Shown here in pieces: positions 44,840 through 51,911 of a stretch of 51,911 nucleotides of DNA. The stretch comes from an uncultured Candidatus Saccharibacteria bacterium (GTDB lineage: Bacteria; Patescibacteriota; Minisyncoccia; Phycocordibacterales; DATDWN01). The stretch's first letter is position 1, and the number at the start of each line of letters is the position of its first letter. The notes under the pieces are model-generated. The model was given only the letters and a program-made list of their open reading frames with translations, was not told the origin of the DNA and did not search any database. The DNA is taken from the NCBI GenBank assembly GCA_964453075.1, contig CAYVNM010000006.1, positions 1 to 51,911 on the forward strand, read 5' to 3'. A program made the position numbers and the translations under genes.

Positions 44840-47464
44840 ATGAAAAAAGAAAAACAAGATCTAATCATAGTTAAGGGTGCTAGAACGCACAATCTTAAAA
44901 ATATAACTTTGGAAATGCCACGAAACAAAATGGTGGTTTTTACTGGTTTGTCTGGTTCGGGTAAATCGTCTTTAGCCTTTGATACTATTTTTGCCGAGGG
45001 ACAGAGAAGGTATGTGGAATCTCTTTCTTCTTATGCCCGTCAGTTTTTGAGACAGATGCAGAAACCAGATGTAGATGAAATATCAGGACTTTCTCCAGCT
45101 ATTTCTATAGATCAAAAATCACGATCAAATAATCCACGCTCTACCGTTGCTACTATTACAGAGATTTATGATTATCTACGTATTTTGTATTCACGCATAG
45201 GGCATCCACACTGTTTGGTTTGTGGAGATGAAATAAAAAAACTTTCAAACGAGGAAATTAAAAATTTCATTTTAGAAAAAATTGATGCAAAGAAAAAAAC
45301 AATAACAACTAGTACAAAAAAAATTCCTCTTCCTATCTATGTTGAGATTTTTGCACCAGTGGTTAGAGGAAGAAAGGGAGAGTATTACCAACTGCTTTAT
45401 GACCTACTCGGTAAGGGCTATTCACATGTATTAGTAGACGGTGTTCGCAAATCACTTCGTGAAAGAATAGAAATGACAAAAACCAAAAGACATTCCATAG
45501 ATGTTCTGGTGGACAGCATTTCTCTTTTGGATTTTAAAACAGATGTTAAGAGTGCCGAGGAAAGATTGGCTGAGGATTTGGAAAAAGCTCTAAACGAATC
45601 AGATGGACAGGTAAAAATAATGTTTCGTGATGTCGCGCAGGAGTCTAATAAAGAATACATTCCTGAAGAATTTTTCATGTCTTCAAAACTGTCCTGTCCA
45701 AAAGATGGTTATTCATATCCAGAAGTGGAACCAAGACTATTTTCTTTTAATTCTCCTTATGGAGCATGTCCCGAATGTAATGGTTTGGGAACAAGACATT
45801 TTTTTGGAAAAGAACTTTGCCCTAAGTGTAACGGCGCGAGACTTCGTGAGGAAGCTTTGCATGTTCTGATAGGAAACAAAAATATAGTTGAACTAACTAG
45901 AATGTCTATCAAAGACGCTTATGATTTTGTAATGAATTTGAAACTCACTGAACGTGAAAAAAATATTTCAAAAGTCGTGATGAGAGAAATAGAATCCAGA
46001 CTTCTTTTTATGATAAATGTTGGTATTGAATATTTGTCTCTTGATCGTAGAGCTCATACTCTTTCTGGTGGTGAAGCTCAGCGTATTCGTCTAGCCTCAC
46101 AGTTAGGCTCTGGTTTGGTTGGTGCTTTATACGTTTTGGATGAACCAACTATTGGATTGCATTCTAGAGATAACGACAGACTTGTTAAAACACTTCTCAA
46201 TCTTCGTGATTTGGGTAATACAATAATAGTAGTGGAGCATGATGAGGATACAATATTTGCTTCTGATTATATTGTTGACATAGGTCCAGGTGCTGGTGTT
46301 CATGGAGGTAATGTTATTGTGGCCGACTATTTGGATGATTTGATTACTGCCAAGAAAAATATTTCAGGTTCTGTCACTTTGGATTATTTGAGAGGGGACA
46401 GGGTTTTGGAAGTGCCAGAAGAAAGGAGAGACACACCAAAAGGAGAGTTGTCTATTCGTGGTGGAAAAATATTTAATATTAAAAATTTGAATGTGGATAT
46501 TCCGCTTGGTAGATTTGTGGCGGTGACGGGAGTTTCTGGTTCTGGTAAGTCTTCTTTTGTCTACGAAATTTTGCATAGAAATCTACAAGCCAGATTTGAG
46601 AGAAAATATAGATCTGCGGAAATATACAATTGTAAGTCTTTTACAGGTACGGAATATCTTGGCAGGGCTATTTTGATAGATCAATCTCCGATAGGACGTA
46701 CCCCACGTTCAAATCCAGCTACATATACTGGAGCGTGGTCTTTTATACGTGATTTGTTTGCGGAAACTGCAGAAGCACGTGCTCGTGGGTGGAAAGCAAA
46801 TAGATTTTCTTTTAATGTGAAGGGTGGAAGGTGTGAGACTTGTCAGGGTAATGGAATGATAGAAGTTGAAATGCATTTTCTTCCTACCGTATATGTGCCT
46901 TGCGATGTTTGTAAAGGTAAAAGGTTTATGAAGGAGACTTTGGAGGTGCACTATAAAAAGAAAAATATTTACGATGTGTTAAAAATGACAGTTGAAGAAG
47001 CATTAAAGTTCTTTGAGGACATTCCATCTATTGCTGATAGATTGAAAACTCTGGACGAAGTTGGTCTTGGATATTTGGAACTCGGCCAGTCTGCTACTAC
47101 TTTGTCAGGTGGTGAGGCACAGAGAGTGAAAGTGTCATCAGAGTTGTTTCGTCCACACTTACAAAAAACAATTTATCTTTTAGACGAGCCAACAATCGGT
47201 TTGCACTATGAAGATGTCAAAAAATTAATTGAGATTTTGCAGAAGTTGGTAAACAAAGGAAATACGGTTGTTGTTATCGAGCACAATATGGATATTATAA
47301 AATCTTGCGACTATGTTATAGACATAGGTCCAGAAGGTGGTGATGGGGGAGGACAAATCGTTGCCAAAGGAACTCCAGAGGAAATTGCGAATAATGAAAA
47401 ATCATACACAGGTATTTATTTGAAAAAAGCTTTGAAGCAGTTTAGGGCGTATAGGAAGGGGTAA
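44840..47464 (+). CDS. uvrA: excinuclease ABC subunit A
   Basis: GARTHNLKN, two ABC modules ([18 protein letters not shown]; LSGGEAQR twice), CxxC zinc modules. Start at ATG 44840 rather than the track's GTG 44783. Confidence 0.95.
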   Translation: MKKEKQDLIIVKGARTHNLKNITLEMPRNKMVVFTGLSGSGKSSLAFDTIFAEGQRRYVESLSSYARQFLRQMQKPDVDEISGLSPAISIDQKSRSNNPRSTVATITEIYDYLRILYSRIGHPHCLVCGDEIKKLSNEEIKNFILEKIDAKKKTITTSTKKIPLPIYVEIFAPVVRGRKGEYYQLLYDLLGKGYSHVLVDGVRKSLRERIEMTKTKRHSIDVLVDSISLLDFKTDVKSAEERLAEDLEKALNESDGQVKIMFRDVAQESNKEYIPEEFFMSSKLSCPKDGYSYPEVEPRLFSFNSPYGACPECNGLGTRHFFGKELCPKCNGARLREEALHVLIGNKNIVELTRMSIKDAYDFVMNLKLTEREKNISKVVMREIESRLLFMINVGIEYLSLDRRAHTLSGGEAQRIRLASQLGSGLVGALYVLDEPTIGLHSRDNDRLVKTLLNLRDLGNTIIVVEHDEDTIFASDYIVDIGPGAGVHGGNVIVADYLDDLITAKKNISGSVTLDYLRGDRVLEVPEERRDTPKGELSIRGGKIFNIKNLNVDIPLGRFVAVTGVSGSGKSSFVYEILHRNLQARFERKYRSAEIYNCKSFTGTEYLGRAILIDQSPIGRTPRSNPATYTGAWSFIRDLFAETAEARARGWKANRFSFNVKGGRCETCQGNGMIEVEMHFLPTVYVPCDVCKGKRFMKETLEVHYKKKNIYDVLKMTVEEALKFFEDIPSIADRLKTLDEVGLGYLELGQSATTLSGGEAQRVKVSSELFRPHLQKTIYLLDEPTIGLHYEDVKKLIEILQKLVNKGNTVVVIEHNMDIIKSCDYVIDIGPEGGDGGGQIVAKGTPEEIANNEKSYTGIYLKKALKQFRAYRKG

Positions 47465-47637
47465 AAAATCTCTTCCTCACCAAAACTTTTTCAGAGACGT
47501 TCGTCATTCCAGCGAATGACTCACTCTAGTCCTCGGCCATGACTTGTAAAGAGCCCCTCACTTCGTTCGGGGTCTATGACAAGACCATGCTCATGACCTG
47601 CGGATGCTCTGAAAAGATTTTGGCTCAACGAGATTTT
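47465..47637. repeat. structured palindromic element, copy 2
   Basis: Outer arms AAAATCTC..CCAAAACTTTTTCAGAG / CTCTGAAAAGATTTTGG..GAGATTTT. Inner hairpins GTCATTC-cagc-GAATGAC and GGCCATGA..TCATGACC. The core is shared with 2841-2997. Confidence 0.6.
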
Positions 47638-47711
47638 TTAAAGAGAATTAATTTTTAAAATGGAAATGGGCGCCGAGGGTTAGTCGGCGCCCGGGGTGGG
47701 TGTACTGTTGA

Positions 47712-47993
47712 TCAGCGCACTGCGCTGATCTTGAGGAAGCACTGAGCCTCTTCGAGGAGACTCCAAACGGACGAAGCTTGGGCCGTGTAGTCGTGCCTGA
47801 TGGGTGACCTGACTACCATAAGCTCGCTCATGAGTATGAGAGCGGCAGCCCAACCTGGCTGAAGTTGGAATCGTGCCACACTCTCCTTGTCAGTATCGTT
47901 GACGCCATTCTCGATGAAGACCTCGTTCTTCTTGAGGCCATCGCTGAGCCTCTTTGTCAGGATGGCCAACTGCTTCCTGTCGGTCTGGTTCAT
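47712..47993 (-). CDS. hypothetical protein (GC-rich cassette C14)
   Basis: GGAGGA SD 5 nt before the ATG. TATAAA -10 upstream. 93 aa. Terminator GGGCGCCGA-ctaaccc-TCGGCGCCC (47660-47690). Confidence 0.55.
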   Translation of the reverse strand: MNQTDRKQLAILTKRLSDGLKKNEVFIENGVNDTDKESVARFQLQPGWAAALILMSELMVVRSPIRHDYTAQASSVWSLLEEAQCFLKISAVR

Positions 47994-48087
47994 ACAGTTC
48001 CTCCGATGGATTTTATATCACAATAAAAATAATAAAACAAGTATTTGTTTTGTAAATAGTAAAGAGCGCCGATGTTACTTGGCGCTC

Positions 48088-48321
48088 TCAGTGAACCGTT
48101 TGGGATCCTACTGTGTCATCCATCGCGTTCCAATAGAAGACAATATTGTGGAATGTAGCACCACGTTCCTTTAGGTGTAACAACAGTAGAGCCGTTACCA
48201 CGTCGTCCGTTATGCTCCTGGATCTTACTCCATGGATGGGTATGGTTTCCGGATAGTTCTCCGGCGTCTCGATCTCTTCTCCTTCAAGGGTTTCGTACCA
48301 CAGCTTGACATGGATGGTCAT
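48088..48321 (-). CDS. hypothetical protein (GC-rich cassette C15)
   Basis: AGGAGG 6 nt before ATG 48321 (the track uses a TTG two codons upstream). 77 aa acidic protein. Terminator AGAGCGCC..GGCGCTCT (48062-48090). Confidence 0.5.
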   Translation of the reverse strand: MTIHVKLWYETLEGEEIETPENYPETIPIHGVRSRSITDDVVTALLLLHLKERGATFHNIVFYWNAMDDTVGSQTVH

Positions 48322-48367
48322 GTACAACCTCCTTGATTAATATTAGCATGTAAAGTATTAATAGCAT

Positions 48368-49609
48368 ATGTTGGAAAAAGACTTAAGACAAAAAATATCT
48401 AAATTCCCAGACACACCTGGGGTGTACTTTTTCCTTGATAAGAATGGCAAAGTTTTGTACATAGGTAAGGCTACTTCTCTACGAGATAGAGTTAGGAGTT
48501 ATTTTAACCAAGATATAGTAAACACCAGGAGTCCGTTGGTTTTGAAAATGCTAAATGGTTTTATTGATATAAAATATACAGAAACTAGTTCTGTATTGGA
48601 GGCTCTTGTGCTAGAGGCTCATCTCATAAAAAAATATCAGCCAGAAGCAAACATAAAAGAAAAAGATAATAAGAGTTTTAACTTTGTAATTATCACTAAT
48701 GAAGATTTTCCTCGTGTTTTAGTGGTGAGACAGAGAGAGTTGGAAAAAATGGGTTACGATGTGTCTTATACATTTGGACCATTTCCGAACGGTAGTCAGT
48801 TGCGCGAGGCCATGAAGATAATTCGTAAGATGTTCCCGTTTCGTGATAAGTGCGAACCATACAATCCAAGGACTCCCCTTGGAAAGAATAAAGCGTGTTT
48901 TAATAGACAAATAGGACTTTGTCCGGGAGTTTGTTCAGGTGAAATATCCAAAGAGGATTATGCAAAGCAAATCAAAAATATTATCCTGTTTTTTGAAGGC
49001 AACAAAAAAAGACTAATAAAAAATCTAGAAAAGGAAATGAAGGTTCTTGCTGAGAAAAAAGATTTTGAAAAGGCAAACCTTACAAAACATACATTGTTTG
49101 CATTAAACCATATTCAAGATATTTCTCTAATAAAAAACGATGTGTGGAAAAACAGAGAAGGTGTCACAGAAGTTTTTCGTATTGAATCATACGATATTGC
49201 TCACATGTCGGGAAAAAATGTAGTTGGTGTTATGACTGTGATTGAAGATGGAGAGATAAAAAAATCAGAGTACAGAAAATTTAAAATAAAAGAAGATCCG
49301 GGTGCTAATGATACTAAGGCTTTGAAGGAAGTTTTATCTAGACGGTTAGCTCATATAGAATGGAGAGAACCCAATCTGATTGTGGTGGATGGTGGGGTGG
49401 CGCAAAAGAGAGTCATGGAGAAGATCTTACAGGAAAATACTGTGCAAATACCAGTGGTATCAGTAGTAAAAGATGATAGGCATAAACCAAAAGAAATTCT
49501 AGGAGATAAGAAGTGGCTCAAATATGAAAGAGAAATATTGTTATCAAACAGTGAGGCTCATAGGTATGCAATAAATTTTCACAAACATCTTCGCGAAAAA
49601 ATTTTGTAA
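48368..49609 (+). CDS. uvrC: excinuclease ABC subunit C (short, apparently without the C-terminal HhH region)
   Basis: GIY-YIG (PGVYFFLDKNGKVLYIGKA), UVR-like segment, endonuclease domain (ESYDIAHMSG). 413 aa. Confidence 0.9.
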   Translation: MLEKDLRQKISKFPDTPGVYFFLDKNGKVLYIGKATSLRDRVRSYFNQDIVNTRSPLVLKMLNGFIDIKYTETSSVLEALVLEAHLIKKYQPEANIKEKDNKSFNFVIITNEDFPRVLVVRQRELEKMGYDVSYTFGPFPNGSQLREAMKIIRKMFPFRDKCEPYNPRTPLGKNKACFNRQIGLCPGVCSGEISKEDYAKQIKNIILFFEGNKKRLIKNLEKEMKVLAEKKDFEKANLTKHTLFALNHIQDISLIKNDVWKNREGVTEVFRIESYDIAHMSGKNVVGVMTVIEDGEIKKSEYRKFKIKEDPGANDTKALKEVLSRRLAHIEWREPNLIVVDGGVAQKRVMEKILQENTVQIPVVSVVKDDRHKPKEILGDKKWLKYEREILLSNSEAHRYAINFHKHLREKIL

Positions 49610-49626
49610 AGTGTATAATATATTTC

Positions 49627-50574
49627 ATGAAAACTTTACCGTCTTCTATCCACATAGGAGTTCTTCGTGGAGGACCGTCTCCTGAATATGATTTATCTCT
49701 AAAAACTGGTGCAAATGTTTTGAGGCACCTGTCTCAAACCCACAAACCAATTGATATTTTTGTTTCAAAAGAAGGTAAGTGGCACATGAACGGCTTAGAG
49801 AGATCACCTGAGAGGATACTAAAAAATGTAGATGTGGTTTTTAATTCTATACATGGTGCTTATGGCGAAGATGGGAAAGTTCAAGAAATATTGAGTCACA
49901 ATGGTATTCCTTTTGTTGGTTCTGATAGATATGCTTCTGCTATATCAATGAACAGATGGATTTCTAAGCAAAAAGCAACGCAAGCAGGAATAAAAACACC
50001 AGTATCTATACTGGTAAGAAGATCTGATCAACTAATACCAAAGGCAAAGCAAATTTTTGAATCTATACCTTGTCCTTTGATGGTTAAGCCTGCAGTGGGA
50101 GGTTTTAATGTAGGTTCATATAAAGTTGAGTCTTTTAATGACTTGATCTCAGCTCTTGAAAATGTGCTGTATCTTTGTGAAGCAGCTATAGTAGAAGAAT
50201 ATATGGTTGGTAAGTTTGCTTCCTGTGATGTCATTGATAATTTTAGACAGAAAGATAATTATGTTTTACCACCTGTTGAAATTATCTCATCCGATAATAT
50301 TGTTTCTCCTGGAAATTTTAGTCCATCAGAAAAAAAAGAGATAGAGAAAGTTGCTTTATTAATACATAACAAATTAGGTTTGAAACATTATTCCAACTCT
50401 AATTTTGTCGTATCTCCAAAGAGGGGCGTTTATTTGTTAGAAGTTAATACTACACCCAGGATTGAGGAGAAGTCTTCCCTCGTAGAATCTCTTCATTCTG
50501 TTGGGGTGGAGGTTAAAGACTTTTTGCATCACTTGTTGCATATGGCCTTGTACAAGACAGGTCTGTGGATTTAG
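49627..50574 (+). CDS. ddl: D-alanine--D-alanine ligase
   Basis: GGPS.E...SL.TG, HGAYGEDGKVQ..L...GIPFVGS, ATP-grasp core. Confidence 0.85.
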   Translation: MKTLPSSIHIGVLRGGPSPEYDLSLKTGANVLRHLSQTHKPIDIFVSKEGKWHMNGLERSPERILKNVDVVFNSIHGAYGEDGKVQEILSHNGIPFVGSDRYASAISMNRWISKQKATQAGIKTPVSILVRRSDQLIPKAKQIFESIPCPLMVKPAVGGFNVGSYKVESFNDLISALENVLYLCEAAIVEEYMVGKFASCDVIDNFRQKDNYVLPPVEIISSDNIVSPGNFSPSEKKEIEKVALLIHNKLGLKHYSNSNFVVSPKRGVYLLEVNTTPRIEEKSSLVESLHSVGVEVKDFLHHLLHMALYKTGLWI

Positions 50575-50620
50575 TAAACGAAAAAGCCCACCGGGATTAA
50601 TTTGAGCTTCTCCGTGTGGA

Positions 50621-50869
50621 CTAGTGTTGTTTTGCTCGCCGATGAGCGAGCACTTCGTGAGTGTAGCCACATTCTTGGGTAACATCTCCTAATAGGCCAT
50701 CTACTGGCCCGCGAAGGTTTGACGGATCACCGCAAATGTCAGAAACATCTCCAGTGATGCCGGAGACATCTCCTTCGATACCTGCGAAGTTTCCCCAGAC
50801 TCCATCGTGAAGTCCAGAGATGGTGTTCTCAACGTTGTGCTGTGGTCTTTTCTGGTGGATAGGGCGCAT
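50621..50869 (-). CDS. hypothetical protein with six G-initiated heptad repeats (GC-rich cassette C16)
   Basis: 82 aa. GNFAGIE GDVSGIT GDVSDIC GDPSNLR GPVDGLL GDVTQEC. TATAAT -10 upstream, GGAAAGGAAA SD region, imperfect hairpin plus TTTTTCGTTT downstream. Confidence 0.5.
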   Translation of the reverse strand: MRPIHQKRPQHNVENTISGLHDGVWGNFAGIEGDVSGITGDVSDICGDPSNLRGPVDGLLGDVTQECGYTHEVLAHRRAKQH

Positions 50870-50940
50870 GCATTTTCCTTTCCAGATTTTTGTTCTATAA
50901 AAATTATATCACGAAATAAAATAATAAAGTAAAAAAATAA

Positions 50941-51003
50941 ATGAGAAAACCCCGCGACACTTGCGAAGCGCAGGGCTTCTCATGTGCGGGGCTGGGGGGT
51001 GGT
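50941..51003 (-). terminator. shared ~55-nt terminator module, copy 1 (after C17)
   Basis: Minus strand reads CCCCGCACA..GAAGCcctgcGCTTC..TGTCGCGGGG-TTTTCTCAT. Near-identical to 51400-51457. Confidence 0.55.
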
Positions 51004-51004
51004 A

Positions 51005-51331
51005 CTACCAGAAGAGGATCTTGTGTGCGCAGATGATTTTGCGCAATCTTTTCCTGTAAGTCTTCTTCTCGGCCGAGGTGAGTGGAACGACCCTGAGAAG
51101 GAGTGTGTTTCTGCCAGGTGCCTTTCTGGGTTTTGACACAACCCATCCAGGCACAACCGCGTAGCTTCCGGTGTGGTTGTTGTAGGCTTGGAAGAAGATG
51201 ATGGAACCCTTTCTCACCTTCAACTCTCTCGGCGGGTCAAAGATCTGGCCATCTGTACCCGGAATCTCCAGGTATAGGCTATTCAAGTATGACTTCGGGT
51301 CATACTCGTAGATCTGAAATTTCTTGCTCAT
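51005..51331 (-). CDS. hypothetical protein (GC-rich cassette C17)
   Basis: Minus-strand TTGACT-17 nt-TACTGT. GAGGAGAA SD. 108 aa with a basic C-terminus. Confidence 0.55.
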   Translation of the reverse strand: MSKKFQIYEYDPKSYLNSLYLEIPGTDGQIFDPPRELKVRKGSIIFFQAYNNHTGSYAVVPGWVVSKPRKAPGRNTLLLRVVPLTSAEKKTYRKRLRKIICAHKILFW

Positions 51332-51399
51332 CGGTGTATGGTTCTCCTCTCGCAGTACAGTACAATTAAATCAATATTTAGTCAAAGATATTTAGGGAT

Positions 51400-51457
51400 A
51401 TGAGAAAACCCCGCGACACTTGAAGCGCGGGGCTTCCTTGTGTGCGGGGTGGGGGCG
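51400..51457 (-). terminator. shared ~55-nt terminator module, copy 2 (after C18)
   Basis: ATGAGAAAACCCCGCGACACTT..GAAGCGC.GGGCTTC..TGTGCGGGG aligns with 50941-51003 with only a few differences. Confidence 0.55.
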
Positions 51458-51460
51458 GAG

Positions 51461-51748
51461 TTAGATCCCGCCGACGTCGATGAGACTCTCATCGAACGGC
51501 GGAAGGTCGATCTCCTCGCCGGTAGTCTCGCGGACTGCACCAGCAAAAGCGGTGTAGTGGAGGAACAGAAGTCCTTCCACGATTTCACGCGCCATCGCCT
51601 TCTGTTCGTCCGTGGGAGGGAGTGGTGGGGTAGAGAATGTTCTTCCCGTCAACATGAAGATGATGGTGGGGGAGCTTCTCTCGTCGTAGTAGAGAGTGCT
51701 CCAGACCGCCTCTTCCAGTTCCGGCGAAACGACAGGTTCGCTTGCCAT
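51461..51748 (-). CDS. hypothetical protein (GC-rich cassette C18)
   Basis: Minus-strand TTGACT(51814-51809)-17 nt-TATAAT(51791-51786). AAGGAGG 9 nt before ATG 51748. 95 aa acidic protein. The track's longer ORF (to 51871) would start inside the promoter. Confidence 0.55.
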   Translation of the reverse strand: MASEPVVSPELEEAVWSTLYYDERSSPTIIFMLTGRTFSTPPLPPTDEQKAMAREIVEGLLFLHYTAFAGAVRETTGEEIDLPPFDESLIDVGGI

Positions 51749-51894
51749 GTTTCGTGCCCTCCTTAGGCACAGCAATCTATTTACAATTATAGCACTAATT
51801 GAGTTTATAGTCAATACTATTTTGCAATATCTGAGAGTAACTACTGATTTATGTACTTGTGAGATTAACAAAAGTTTGATAATCTAGTTTAGTT

Positions 51895-51911
51895 GGGCCC
51901 TTAGCTTAGTT
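51895..51911 (+). tRNA. 5' end of a tRNA (identity undeterminable, cut by window edge)
   Basis: GGGCCCT TA GCT TAGTT looks like an acceptor stem plus the start of a D arm. Confidence 0.45.

Overview
By eye this is an AT-rich (roughly one-third GC), gene-dense bacterial chromosome segment read with the standard genetic code. It carries compact housekeeping genes: infB-rbfA, a NifS-like desulfurase, clpB, rpmG, miaA, parB, a RelA/SpoT protein, topA, dprA, serS, dus, dnaX, xseAB, tgt, uvrB, uvrA, uvrC and ddl. It also has 7 complete tRNAs, 2 edge-truncated tRNAs and a probable RNase P RNA. The shortened core proteins (IF-2 504 aa, DnaX 351 aa, UvrC 413 aa) suggest a reduced-genome lineage such as Patescibacteria/CPR; this is inference only. 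No rRNA, CRISPR array, integrase or transposase was recognised.

Six things are not explained by ordinary annotation:
1. About 17-18 short, visibly GC-rich single-gene cassettes lie between AT-rich core genes. Each has its own near-consensus promoter, SD and private terminator ('moron'-like).
2. A GC-rich palindromic mini-element is inserted in frame inside miaA, dus and dnaX, and is read in two different frames.
3. A promoter-to-terminator ncRNA carries 7 tandem CAAAACCG units and shares a 17-nt promoter block with the RNase P RNA gene.
4. Structured trailers follow tRNA-Tyr and tRNA-Leu, and each carries an inverted copy of its own tRNA's 3' end.
5. A ~160-nt structured palindromic element occurs twice, with compensatory stem changes between the copies.
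6. A 109-nt element with 14-bp terminal inverted repeats forms the 5' leader and start codon of two unrelated genes.

The stretch 22.6-36.5 kb downstream of tRNA-Gln is an accessory island. All coordinates and motifs were read by hand. No GC statistics, folding or database searches were run.
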